NCBI GenBank assembly: GCA_046290225.1
Contig: JBKAGE010000047.1
Span: 27,006-91,005, forward strand
Direction of reading: 5' to 3'
DNA from: Bradymonadia bacterium
GTDB lineage: Bacteria; Myxococcota_A; Bradymonadia; UBA7976; UBA1532
Length of the DNA: 64,000 bases
The translations under genes and the position numbers were made by a program. Under the pieces are notes generated by a model. The model was given only the letters and a program-made list of their open reading frames with translations. It had not been told where the DNA came from and made no database searches. The stretch's first letter is position 1. The number at the start of each line of letters is the position of its first letter. Below are positions 36,392 to 46,053 of this stretch, one piece after another.

Positions 36392-39300
36392 ATGAACAAT
36401 AGAGCAGCGTATTACCTGATGGTGGCCTTGCTCGCCATCGGCTGCGACGACGAAGGCAACGAGACGCCAGACCCCGGTGGTGCTGGTGGTGGTGTCGGCG
36501 GCGCCGGTGGTGATGTCATGGGTGGTGCCGGTGGTGGCACCGGAGGCATGCCCGGCGGTGCTGGTGGCGCCGGCGGCGAGATGATGCCTGACGCAGACAT
36601 CGGCGGTGCCGGTGGCGTCGGCGGCGATATGCCCGACATGGGCATGGGCGGCGCCGGTGGTGGGATGACCGAGATCGATCTCGAGATCACCGCACCTGAG
36701 GACGGGGCGTTCTTCAACACCGCTCAGGTCACCGTCGAGGGGACGGTCGACCCTGAGGTCCCGGTGAGCATCAACGATGTCGACGCAGTGGTCGTCGACG
36801 GCGCCTTCTCCAACACCGACATCTACCCTGAAGGCGAGACCACGGTGACGGTGGAGGCTGAGGCCGAAGACGGCAGCACCGCCTCCGCCGAGGTCTCCTT
36901 CACCGTGGATACGGTGGCGCCCATCATCACCGTCGACGCACCGATGGACGGCGCGACGATCGACGGTGAGATGGTGGTGGTGGAAGGCTCGATCGCCGAT
37001 GCCACCATCGTGCAGCTCGACGTGAACGGCGTGGACGTCGCCATCGACGGCGGCAACTTCACCACCACCGTGAACCTCGATCCCGGCGAGAACGTGCTCA
37101 CCTTCACCGCCACCGACCAGGCGGGGAACGAGGGCACCACCGAGATCACGGTGCTCCGCCTCGACCTGGACGGCGACAACGACGGCGACGGTCTCACCAA
37201 CGGCGACGAGGCCGAGCGCGGGACCGATCCGGAGAACCCGGACACCGACGGCGACGGTCTCAACGACGGCGACGAGGTGAACCAGTACAACACCAGCCCC
37301 CTGCTCGCCGACACCGACGAGGGCGGGGTGGGCGACGGTGAAGAGGTCATCCGCGACGGCACCGACCCGCTCGACCCCGAGGATGACGCGCCTCTTCAGA
37401 ACATGCCCATCACCCTGACTGACGGTGAGGGCTACGCTTGGGAGATCCTCGGCACTGGTGCCATGGGCGCCGGCGACGAGGGCTTCTTCAGCGATGGTGA
37501 TCCCGCCTTCCAGCTCTTCGTCGGTGAAGGCGAGGGCGAGGTGAGCTTCCCGACTCAGTTCGAGGGCCGGGTGATCAACGACGGCCGCGAGGTGCTCCTC
37601 GGCCCCGCCGAGATGGGTGGCCTCACGGTGAGCCGTCGCATCTTCGTCTCCGACGACGAGGGCTTCGTGCGGTACATGGAGGTTCTGCGCAACGACGGTG
37701 AGGCTCCGGCCAACGCCGTGGTGAACGTGCGCGGCTTCCTCGATGGCGGCTTCGGCCCCGCGTTCTTGAGCCTGCAGGCCAGCAGCTTCCTCGACGAGGG
37801 TGAAGACGAGTTCAACTTCATCGACGACTGGCTGGTGCTCTCCGGCGACGAGGCCCCCGACTACCTGGGGCACCTCTTCTCCCAGGAAGGCGCAGCCATC
37901 GACGTGGAGAACGCGAGCTTCCTCGGCGGCCAGGGTGAGCAGGGCGGCGAAGAGTGGCGCTTCGGCTTCCCCGTGAGCGTCGATCCCGGCGAGCAGCTCA
38001 TCATCATGCACCTCACCGGCCGCACCGCCGCCGATTTGGAGCTCGCCGAAGAGAAGATCGGCACATACAGCGGCGCCAACCCCGAGGTCACCCAGGGCCT
38101 GCTCAACAGCGAGCGCCTTCAGGTGGCCAACCTGCGGTTGGTGCCCGACACCGATCAGGACGGCCTCAACGACGAGGAAGAGGCCGAAGCAGGCACCGAC
38201 CTGAACAACCCCGACACCGACGGTGACGGCCTGCTCGACGGCTTCGAGGTGGCCAACGGCTTCGACCCCCTCGGCGGTGACGAGGGCGCCCTCGACCCCG
38301 ATGAGGATGGCCTCACCAACGTGCAGGAGCAGGCAGCCCGCACGGATCCGAACAACCCCGACACCGACGGCGACACCCTCAACGATGCCGCCGAGGTGAA
38401 CGGCGAGCCCGCCACCAACCCGTTGCGGGCCGACTCCGATCGCGACGGCCTCCGCGACGATCGCGAGTTGGAGCTGGGCACCGACCCGAACAACCCCGAC
38501 ACCGACGGTGGTGGCCGCCCCGACGGCCCCGAGGTCGACATCGACGGCACTGACCCCCTCGTGGGCGAGGATGACGTCGAGCCGGTGCTCTTCCCCGACT
38601 TCGGTGGCTTTGACCTCATCGACGGCAACGGCTTCACCTGGGACGTCGAGGGCGACGGTCGCATCAGCGACGGCAGCAACGACGCCTACGATGGCGGCCT
38701 GAACCTCGTGGTCGGTGGCCAGGACTTCCCCGACTTCGACGAGGGTGTGCTCACCCTCAACGGTCGCCAGATGGTCCTCGGCCCCGCACAGCTCGCTGGC
38801 CTCGACGTGTTTCGCAAGCTGTACGTGCCCGAGGCCGAGGGTGTGGGCTACGCCCGCTTCATCGAGATCCTCAGCAACCCCACTGGGGCGCCCATCGAGA
38901 CCACGGTCACCCTGAACTCCAACCTGGGGTCCGACGGCGGCACCGTGCTCGTGGCCGACAGCAACAACGATGGTGTCATCGACGCCACCGACGACTGGAT
39001 GATCACCGACGACGGCAACGATGGCGGCGGCGATCCCACGATGATCCACAGCTTCAACGGCGTGGAGAACTTCCTGGAGCCCGACGCTGCGAGCCAGGCT
39101 GGCGACAACCTGAGCTGGAACTTCCCAGTGACGGTGCCCGCCAACGGCCGGATCGTCATTCTGCACTACGCGGCGCAGAATGCTGATCGAGCCACCGCCC
39201 TCGAGCTGGTGCCCACCCTCCACAATCCCACGGAGGAGAACGGCCTGCTCGATGGCATGACCGAGGCCGAGCTTCTGTCGGTCCTCAACTTCGCCGTGCG

Positions 39301-42300
39301 TCCTGATCTGGACAACGACGGCCTCTCCGACAGCCGCGAGGAAGAGTTCGGCACCGATCCGAACAACCCCGACACCGACGGCGACGGCCTGCTCGATGGC
39401 TACGAGGTGGCCAACGGCCTCGACCCGCTGGTGGCCGACGATCTCGACGCCGACATCGACGAGGATGGCCTCACCCTCCGCCAAGAGGGCGAAGCGGGCA
39501 CCAACCCCACCATCCCCGACACTGATGGCGATGGCGCGAACGACGGCCGCGAGGTCAACGATCTGCTCACAGATCCGCTCAACCCCGACACCGACGGTGA
39601 CGGTCTCGACGACGGCTTCGAGGCCGATCGCGATCCCCCCACCGATCCTCTGGTGGAGGACTCCGACGAAGATGGCCTCAGCGATGGTGTGGAGATCAAC
39701 GAGACCCTCACCGATCCGCTCAACCCCGATTCCGACGGCGACGGCATGCTCGACGGGTACGAGGTGGAGTTCGGCCTCGATCCCACCATCGACGATGCTC
39801 AGGGCGATCTCGACGAGGACGGCCTGATCAACCTGCTCGAGGGTGGTCTGGGCACTGATCCGAACAACCCTGACACCGACGGCGACGGCCTGCTCGACGG
39901 CGTCGAGGACGCCAACCAGAACGGTGTGCGCGACGAAGATGAGACCGACGCCACCCTCGAAGACACCGACGGCGGCGGCCGAAACGACTTCGGCGAGATC
40001 GAGATCGACGGCACCGACCCCCTCGATCCCGAGGACGACGTGGTGGTGGTGCCCTTCCCCGACTTCGGCGGCATCGATCTCTTCGACGGCAACGGCTTCG
40101 AGTGGGATCTCCAGCGCGACGGCAACATCAGCAACGGCAGCAACGACGCCTACGATGGTGGTCAGCGTCTCTTCATCGACGACGCCGAGTTCCCTGACCA
40201 GGACGAGGCCGTGGGCGATCTCCAGGGCCGCGGGTTCATCCTCGGCGCCGCGGAGATGTCGGGCCTGCAGGTCATCCGCAAGCTGTACGTGCCCGAGGCT
40301 GAGGGTGTGGGCTTCGGCCGGTTCCTCGAGCTGCTCAACAACCCCACGGGCGAAGACATCTCGGTCACCGTCCGCATCTCCGGCAACCTGGGCTCCGACG
40401 GTGGCACGCAGCTCGTGGCCACCAGCTCCGGTGATGGCGAGTACACCATCGAGGACAACTGGCTCATCACCGACGACGCCAACGCCGCCGGTGGTGATCC
40501 CACGGTCACCCACGCCTTCTCCGACGACAGCGCTGACGTGCAGCCTTCGGCGGTGAGCCTCCAGGGCGACAACTACAGCTACAGCTTCGAGGTGACGGTG
40601 CCTGCCAACGGCCGCGCCATCATCATGCACTTCGCGCGGCAGTCGCAGAACCAGGACATCGCTCAGGCCGAGGCTCCGAACTTCGAGGATCTCGGCGACA
40701 TCGAGCTCTTCGGGATCCCCCAGGCAGAGCGCGACGATGTCGTGAACTTCTCCCTGCTGCCCGACGCCGACGGCGATGGCCTGCCCGACGTGGTGGAGGG
40801 TGAGCTGGGCACCGACCCGAACAACCCCGACTCCGATGGTGACGGCCTCGACGATCGCTACGAGGTGGACAACGCCCTCGACCCGCTCGTCGCCGACGAT
40901 CTAAACGCCGACGGCGACGTCGACGGCCTCACCCTGGGCCAGGAGTTCGAGCTGGGCACCGACCCAGCCAACGCCGACACCGACGGTGATGGTGTGAACG
41001 ATGGCCCCGAGGTGGACACGGGCACTGATCCGCTCAACCCCGACTCCGATGGTGACGGCCTCAACGACGGCGCCGAGGCCGAGGCGGGTACCGACCCCCT
41101 CAACCCCGACACCGACGGCGGCGGCCGCGACGACTTCGGCGAGGTGGAGATCGACGGCACTGATCCCCTCAACCCCGAGGATGATGTGATCCTGGTGGAC
41201 TTCCCCGACTTCGGCGGCCTCGACCTCGTCGATGGTGCAGCCTTCGAGTGGGACATCAACCGCGACGGCAACATCGGTGACGGCACCAGTGACGCCTACG
41301 ACGGTGGCCAGCGCCTCTTCGTCGACGACTCCGAGTTCCCTGACCAGGACCAGGCCATCGAGGGCCCCGACGGCCGCAGCTACACCTTGGGTGCTGCGGA
41401 GATGTCGGGTCTGCAGGTGGTGCGCAAGATCTACGTGACCGACTTCGAGAACGTGGGCTTCGCCCGGTTCCTCGAGATGCTCAACAACCCCACGGGTGAA
41501 GACATCTCGGTCACCGTCCGCATCCAGGGCAACATGGGCTCCGATGGTGGCACCGTGCTCGTGGGCAGCAGCAACGACGACGGCGCCTTCGCCATCGACG
41601 ACAACTGGCTCATCACCGACGACGGCAACAACGCCGGCGGCGATCCTGCGGTGACCCATGTGTTCTCGGACGACGATGCCGAGGTGCAGCCTTCTGAGGT
41701 GAGCCTCAATGGGGACAACTACAGCTACACCTTTGATGTGACCGTGCCCGCCAACGGCCGTGCCATCATCATGCACTTCGCTGCACAGGCCACCGCCAGC
41801 GCCGATGCCCTGGGCAACGTGGCGGCTTTGGCTGATCCTTCGGAGATCGAGCTGCTCGGCCTCAGCCAGGGGGAGAGCGACGATGTGGTGAACTGGCGTC
41901 TGGCCCCTGACGCCGACGACGATGGTCTGCCCGACGAGGACGAGGCTGTCGCGGGCACCGACCCGAACAACCCCGACACCGACGGCGACGAGCTGCTCGA
42001 TGGCTATGAGGTGGAGAACGGTCTCGATCCGCTGGTGGCCGACGATCTCGACGGCGACGTCGACGAAGATGGGCTCACCCTCCGCCAGGAGGCTGAGCTG
42101 GGCACCGACCCCCTCATCGACGACACCGACGAGGACGGTCTGGAAGACGGCGCAGAGGTGAACGGTGATCCCGCCACTGACCCGCTCGACGACGACACCG
42201 ACGACGATGGCCTCAACGACGGTGACGAGGCGGCCGCGGGCACTGATCCGCTCAACCCCGACTCCGACAATGGTGGCGCCTTCGACGGTCAGGAGATCGA

Positions 42301-43063
42301 AGACGGTACTGATCCCCTCGACCCTGCAGACGATGTCGCCTTCGTCGACCTGCCCGCCCCCAACCTCATCGACGGGAATGGGTTCACCTGGGACGTCTCC
42401 ACCGATGGCGCCATCGGTGACGGCGAGACGGACGCCTACGACGGCGGCTTCGATCTGCTCGTCGGCGGTGAGGCCTTCCCCGCTCAGGAGCAGGCCCGCC
42501 TGCGCCAGGGCGGCCAGCAGCTCGATCTCGGCCCCGCCGTGCTCGCCGGCCTGAACGTCACCCGCAAGATCTACGTGACCCCTGCGGAGGGCGTGGGCTT
42601 CGTGCGCTACCTCGAGGTACTGGAGAACCCCACCGACGCCGACATCGAGACCACGATCGCGATCGAGACGAACCTCGGCGCTGATGGCAGCACCGAGATC
42701 GTGTCTTCGAGCGTGGACGACGGCCTCTTCACCATCGAGGACGACTACCTCGTGACGGACGACGCCAACGGTGAGGGCGGCGACACGGTGACCACCCACG
42801 TGTTCTCCGACGCCAACGGCGCGGTGCAGCCCGATGTGGCCACGGGCGCCACCGGCGACGACGACTTCACCGTGGGCTTCACGGTGACGGTGCCGGCGAA
42901 CAGCACCATCAACGTGCTGCACTTCGGCCTGCAGTCCGCCACCCGCCTCGACGCCCTGGCGGTGCTCGACACCTTCAGCGTCGACGACGCCCTCGTCGCC
43001 CTGGCGGGCCTCGAGCTTGCCGAGATCGCGGCCATCGTGAACTTCGGCCTCGCCCTCCCCTGA
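36392..43063 (+). CDS. Giant acidic surface lipoprotein (about 2220 aa): Gly-rich linker, two Ig-like domains, bacterial TSP3-type Ca-binding repeats and five copies of a beta-rich domain
   Basis: Lipobox LAIGC; many GTDPNNPDTDGDGL.DG.E repeats; five DG.GF.WD...RK.YV...NPT...V.V units (first most divergent); strong GC3 bias. Confidence 0.9.
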   Translation: MNNRAAYYLMVALLAIGCDDEGNETPDPGGAGGGVGGAGGDVMGGAGGGTGGMPGGAGGAGGEMMPDADIGGAGGVGGDMPDMGMGGAGGGMTEIDLEITAPEDGAFFNTAQVTVEGTVDPEVPVSINDVDAVVVDGAFSNTDIYPEGETTVTVEAEAEDGSTASAEVSFTVDTVAPIITVDAPMDGATIDGEMVVVEGSIADATIVQLDVNGVDVAIDGGNFTTTVNLDPGENVLTFTATDQAGNEGTTEITVLRLDLDGDNDGDGLTNGDEAERGTDPENPDTDGDGLNDGDEVNQYNTSPLLADTDEGGVGDGEEVIRDGTDPLDPEDDAPLQNMPITLTDGEGYAWEILGTGAMGAGDEGFFSDGDPAFQLFVGEGEGEVSFPTQFEGRVINDGREVLLGPAEMGGLTVSRRIFVSDDEGFVRYMEVLRNDGEAPANAVVNVRGFLDGGFGPAFLSLQASSFLDEGEDEFNFIDDWLVLSGDEAPDYLGHLFSQEGAAIDVENASFLGGQGEQGGEEWRFGFPVSVDPGEQLIIMHLTGRTAADLELAEEKIGTYSGANPEVTQGLLNSERLQVANLRLVPDTDQDGLNDEEEAEAGTDLNNPDTDGDGLLDGFEVANGFDPLGGDEGALDPDEDGLTNVQEQAARTDPNNPDTDGDTLNDAAEVNGEPATNPLRADSDRDGLRDDRELELGTDPNNPDTDGGGRPDGPEVDIDGTDPLVGEDDVEPVLFPDFGGFDLIDGNGFTWDVEGDGRISDGSNDAYDGGLNLVVGGQDFPDFDEGVLTLNGRQMVLGPAQLAGLDVFRKLYVPEAEGVGYARFIEILSNPTGAPIETTVTLNSNLGSDGGTVLVADSNNDGVIDATDDWMITDDGNDGGGDPTMIHSFNGVENFLEPDAASQAGDNLSWNFPVTVPANGRIVILHYAAQNADRATALELVPTLHNPTEENGLLDGMTEAELLSVLNFAVRPDLDNDGLSDSREEEFGTDPNNPDTDGDGLLDGYEVANGLDPLVADDLDADIDEDGLTLRQEGEAGTNPTIPDTDGDGANDGREVNDLLTDPLNPDTDGDGLDDGFEADRDPPTDPLVEDSDEDGLSDGVEINETLTDPLNPDSDGDGMLDGYEVEFGLDPTIDDAQGDLDEDGLINLLEGGLGTDPNNPDTDGDGLLDGVEDANQNGVRDEDETDATLEDTDGGGRNDFGEIEIDGTDPLDPEDDVVVVPFPDFGGIDLFDGNGFEWDLQRDGNISNGSNDAYDGGQRLFIDDAEFPDQDEAVGDLQGRGFILGAAEMSGLQVIRKLYVPEAEGVGFGRFLELLNNPTGEDISVTVRISGNLGSDGGTQLVATSSGDGEYTIEDNWLITDDANAAGGDPTVTHAFSDDSADVQPSAVSLQGDNYSYSFEVTVPANGRAIIMHFARQSQNQDIAQAEAPNFEDLGDIELFGIPQAERDDVVNFSLLPDADGDGLPDVVEGELGTDPNNPDSDGDGLDDRYEVDNALDPLVADDLNADGDVDGLTLGQEFELGTDPANADTDGDGVNDGPEVDTGTDPLNPDSDGDGLNDGAEAEAGTDPLNPDTDGGGRDDFGEVEIDGTDPLNPEDDVILVDFPDFGGLDLVDGAAFEWDINRDGNIGDGTSDAYDGGQRLFVDDSEFPDQDQAIEGPDGRSYTLGAAEMSGLQVVRKIYVTDFENVGFARFLEMLNNPTGEDISVTVRIQGNMGSDGGTVLVGSSNDDGAFAIDDNWLITDDGNNAGGDPAVTHVFSDDDAEVQPSEVSLNGDNYSYTFDVTVPANGRAIIMHFAAQATASADALGNVAALADPSEIELLGLSQGESDDVVNWRLAPDADDDGLPDEDEAVAGTDPNNPDTDGDELLDGYEVENGLDPLVADDLDGDVDEDGLTLRQEAELGTDPLIDDTDEDGLEDGAEVNGDPATDPLDDDTDDDGLNDGDEAAAGTDPLNPDSDNGGAFDGQEIEDGTDPLDPADDVAFVDLPAPNLIDGNGFTWDVSTDGAIGDGETDAYDGGFDLLVGGEAFPAQEQARLRQGGQQLDLGPAVLAGLNVTRKIYVTPAEGVGFVRYLEVLENPTDADIETTIAIETNLGADGSTEIVSSSVDDGLFTIEDDYLVTDDANGEGGDTVTTHVFSDANGAVQPDVATGATGDDDFTVGFTVTVPANSTINVLHFGLQSATRLDALAVLDTFSVDDALVALAGLELAEIAAIVNFGLALP

Positions 43064-43074
43064 TCTCGCCGAGC

Positions 43075-43092
43075 GACCCCGTCGCTGGGGTC
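43075..43092 (+). terminator. Hairpin downstream of the giant lipoprotein gene
   Basis: GACCCC-GTCGCT-GGGGTC just after the stop codon; no strong U-tract. Confidence 0.35.
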
Positions 43093-43259
43093 CACAGTTG
43101 AGGCCTCGATGCCTCAATGGTGACTCCAGTGACCACCCCCCTCCCCCCACTCACCTCACAGCCATTGGCCTTTCTGGCCCCCCTGGGGTCGAAATGACCC
43201 ACTTCTCAAGTGGCGCATCTCTTGCTCTAATGGATCGGGTTCCCTGACCTGGAGGGCCC

Positions 43260-44759
43260 ATGACACCCATACACAAAGCGTCGAGTCTGATCGCGATGTG
43301 TGGTGTCTTGTCCCTGACAGCGTGTCAGACCCCTTCTCCCGGAGAGATGAAGTTCGCCGCCCACCAGAGCGCGATCCGCGGTGGCCGCTCGGCCCCCGAC
43401 GTACACGGGGTCGTGGGCATCGCCATCAGCATCGGTGACAGCGGCAGTCTGTGCTCCGGCAGCCTCATCGCCCCCAACCTCGTGCTCACGGCCCATCACT
43501 GCGTGGCCAACCTCGCCAGCGAGACCGTCGATTGTGAGCGCGATCGGTTCGGCAGCCTCTTCGGCGCGCACCAGTTCTTCGTCACTCCTGATGCGGTGAT
43601 GGATTTCGATGGCAACGGACGCTACTACGCCGTGCGCTCTGTGCGCGTGCCCCAAGAGGGCGCCGAGGTCTGCGGGAACGACATCGCCCTCTTGATCCTC
43701 GATCAGCCCATCTCTGGCACCAGCGTGCGAGAGCCTCGACTCGATGACTACCCCACGCCCAACGAAACCTTTGATGCCGTGGGCTACGGCCACGTAGGCG
43801 ACGAGACTGGCTTCGGGGTCAGGCGCATCATCGAGAACCGCCAGTGGCTCTGCATCGGCCCTGAGTGTTCAGGCGTCGAGGGCGTCATGGGCAACGAGCT
43901 CGTGGGCAATGACGGCACCTGCCAGGGCGACTCCGGGGGGCCTGCCCTCGACGCACAGGGCCGCGTGCTCGGCGCGCTCTCTCGAGGCGGTGATGTCTGC
44001 ACATACCCGACCTATGCAGCCACGGCCGCCTGGGGTGATTGGATCAGGCAGACTGCAGCCGAGGCCGCTCAGATGGGTGGCTACTCAGCCCCTTTCTGGG
44101 TGGGTGGCAATGTCGACCCCGGGCCTGATCCCGGCCCGGGTCCAGGGCCCGATCCAGATCCCGAGCCTGACGATTTCGACGATGACGGCATCATCGACGC
44201 CCAGGACAACTGTCCTGGCGTAGCCAACGCTGATCAGAGTGATCTCGACGAAGACGGCCTCGGTGACGCCTGCGACGGCAACCTCGATCGACAGTGCACG
44301 GTCTGTCAGCCCTGTGAGGCAGACAGCCAGTGTGGCCCTGGTGGCAGCTGTACCTCTGCCGGTGTGTGCGTGCTCAGTTGCAGCACCCACGCCGATTGCC
44401 CTGGTGGCGGCACCACGGCCTGCCTCGACGTCGGCGGCGTCAACGCCTGCGTCAATGCCGACTTCGAGCAAGTGGGGCTCTGCCCGCCGAGCTTCACCTG
44501 TGATTCGGGCACGCCGGGCATGCCCAATCCTCCAGATGATCAGGGCATGGACCAGGATAAAGAGCCTGATCCCACCCCAGGTGAAGATCGACTCCCGGAC
44601 CTGATTCAACCCCCTGAGGGTGATCCACTTCAGAGCAGCCAGACGGCGAGCGCCCGCTTCACAGGGGGGTGTGATGCGACGGGTGGTTCCGTGGGGACCT
44701 GGTGGTGGTTGGCGCTGGCCCTCGCCCCGCTCAGGCGGCGCCGCTCGCCTCTGCGCTGA
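43260..44759 (+). CDS. Trypsin-like S1 serine protease with a TSP3 repeat, Cys-rich region and MYXO-CTERM-like tail
   Basis: CSGSLIAPNLVLTAHHC, DIAL and CQGDSGGP triad motifs; DNCP..N.DQ.D.D.DG.GDACD; GGCDATGG..WWWLALALAPLRRRR. Confidence 0.93.
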   Translation: MTPIHKASSLIAMCGVLSLTACQTPSPGEMKFAAHQSAIRGGRSAPDVHGVVGIAISIGDSGSLCSGSLIAPNLVLTAHHCVANLASETVDCERDRFGSLFGAHQFFVTPDAVMDFDGNGRYYAVRSVRVPQEGAEVCGNDIALLILDQPISGTSVREPRLDDYPTPNETFDAVGYGHVGDETGFGVRRIIENRQWLCIGPECSGVEGVMGNELVGNDGTCQGDSGGPALDAQGRVLGALSRGGDVCTYPTYAATAAWGDWIRQTAAEAAQMGGYSAPFWVGGNVDPGPDPGPGPGPDPDPEPDDFDDDGIIDAQDNCPGVANADQSDLDEDGLGDACDGNLDRQCTVCQPCEADSQCGPGGSCTSAGVCVLSCSTHADCPGGGTTACLDVGGVNACVNADFEQVGLCPPSFTCDSGTPGMPNPPDDQGMDQDKEPDPTPGEDRLPDLIQPPEGDPLQSSQTASARFTGGCDATGGSVGTWWWLALALAPLRRRRSPLR

Positions 44760-45705
44760 AGGGCTCTGCGCTGGACATCTCTGCGCTGGACATCTCTGCG
44801 CTGGGCATCTCTTCGCAGTGCTCTGCAGGAGCATGCTGCGCCGACACCTGCTCAGCCCAGCGATACAGCGGCTGGGCAGCCTCTTCCCAGTGACGCTCGA
44901 GCATCATCACATGACCCATGCCCCTGACGATCTGTGAAGGGCACCCATAGGTCATCGCAGTGGCCTGAATGAGTGCAGGTGGAATGAAGGCGTCGTGCTC
45001 CGCACCGAAGGTGATGATGGGCACTCGGGGCATCAACCACAGGCGCAGCGGATCAAGCAGGCTCATGTCGAGCACGGCCCGCTGTGACTCGCCCTGGAAA
45101 CGGCTGAAATACTCAGTGAGAGTCGCCGAGGGCAAGGCACTGGAGAAGAGGCTGCGTCGCAGATCATTGGGTCGGGTGAACCGCGCCGCGAGCTCGGGCC
45201 CACCAGAGCAGAGCAGCATGACCCTTCGGGTGAGGGCCGGGCGGGTCATCATCATCAATGTGGCAGTGGGAATGAGGCCCTGGGGCGGCACTGAAGCCAT
45301 GAGTGCCACGCCGAGCAGGCCCATACCTCTCCGGCCGGAGTACTCCAGATACTTCTGCGCCACGAAGCCACCCATGGAGTGCCCCACCACGATGGGCGGC
45401 TCGCCGATGTGCTCTACGGCACAAATGACGTCGCGTACGTAGTCGCGCAGGGTGTGTCGCGCCAGATGCTCTTCACCCTGGCTCTCACCATGGCCCCTCA
45501 GGCTCACGGCGTAGATCGGATAACCGCGCTCTGCAAACCAGGGCATGAAGTGCTCTGCCCAGCACCACGCCCCGGCAAAAGCACCGTGTACACACAAAAT
45601 CGGCGGCCGCGTCGCCTGCTCGGGCAGACAGCTGAGCAGCTCGAGGCCATGGCCGATGGTGGTGGTGGTGACTTCGGGGACGGGGTGCTCGGCGTATGCG
45701 TACAC
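44731..45705 (-). CDS. Alpha/beta hydrolase
   Basis: VHGAFAGAWCW, SLRGHGES, GHSMGG nucleophile elbow, D and H triad residues; GTG 45705 with GAGGAG RBS. Confidence 0.9.
   Translation of the reverse strand: MYAYAEHPVPEVTTTTIGHGLELLSCLPEQATRPPILCVHGAFAGAWCWAEHFMPWFAERGYPIYAVSLRGHGESQGEEHLARHTLRDYVRDVICAVEHIGEPPIVVGHSMGGFVAQKYLEYSGRRGMGLLGVALMASVPPQGLIPTATLMMMTRPALTRRVMLLCSGGPELAARFTRPNDLRRSLFSSALPSATLTEYFSRFQGESQRAVLDMSLLDPLRLWLMPRVPIITFGAEHDAFIPPALIQATAMTYGCPSQIVRGMGHVMMLERHWEEAAQPLYRWAEQVSAQHAPAEHCEEMPSAEMSSAEMSSAEPFSAEASGAA
44749..44808. repeat. 15-bp tandem repeat, 4 units
   Basis: CTCTGCGCTGAAGGG / CTCTGCGCTGGACAT x2 / CTCTGCGCTGGGCAT at the overlap of two convergent 3' ends. Confidence 0.85.
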
Positions 45706-46053
45706 GTAGGCTCCTCGGCAAGGGCGGAGATGGCATGCCTGATGATCAACGGCAGCCCGGGCCCCGACGGTGAGGGGTGGGCACAGCATCACCTGAGCCG
45801 TAGCGCCGAAAAAACGCCGAGATTTCAGGAGTGTCAATCAGTGGGCGCTATTTTTACAGAAGATGACAACGGTAGACAAGCGTTCAGAGCCATCATGCAC
45901 CGGCATACACAGACGCCTTTGAAGCTCACCTGATGACCTCGTCAGCGCGCGCTCAGAAGCGATCTCAGCGCACTGCCTCCAAGGGAAGATTACCAGTATC
46001 CAGAGGTGCCCCCATGTGAGATAACTACCCAGCACATCTCCCGGGGGAGACAC

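Noticed and set aside
36170..43150. Very long minus-strand ORFs (36170-40630, 1486 aa; 40901-43150, 749 aa)
   Set aside because: Antisense shadows of the giant lipoprotein gene, produced by strong GC3 bias and repeats; V/A/G-rich with no motifs.
44749..44823. Possible CRISPR array
   Set aside because: 15-bp head-to-tail units with no spacers and no cas genes.
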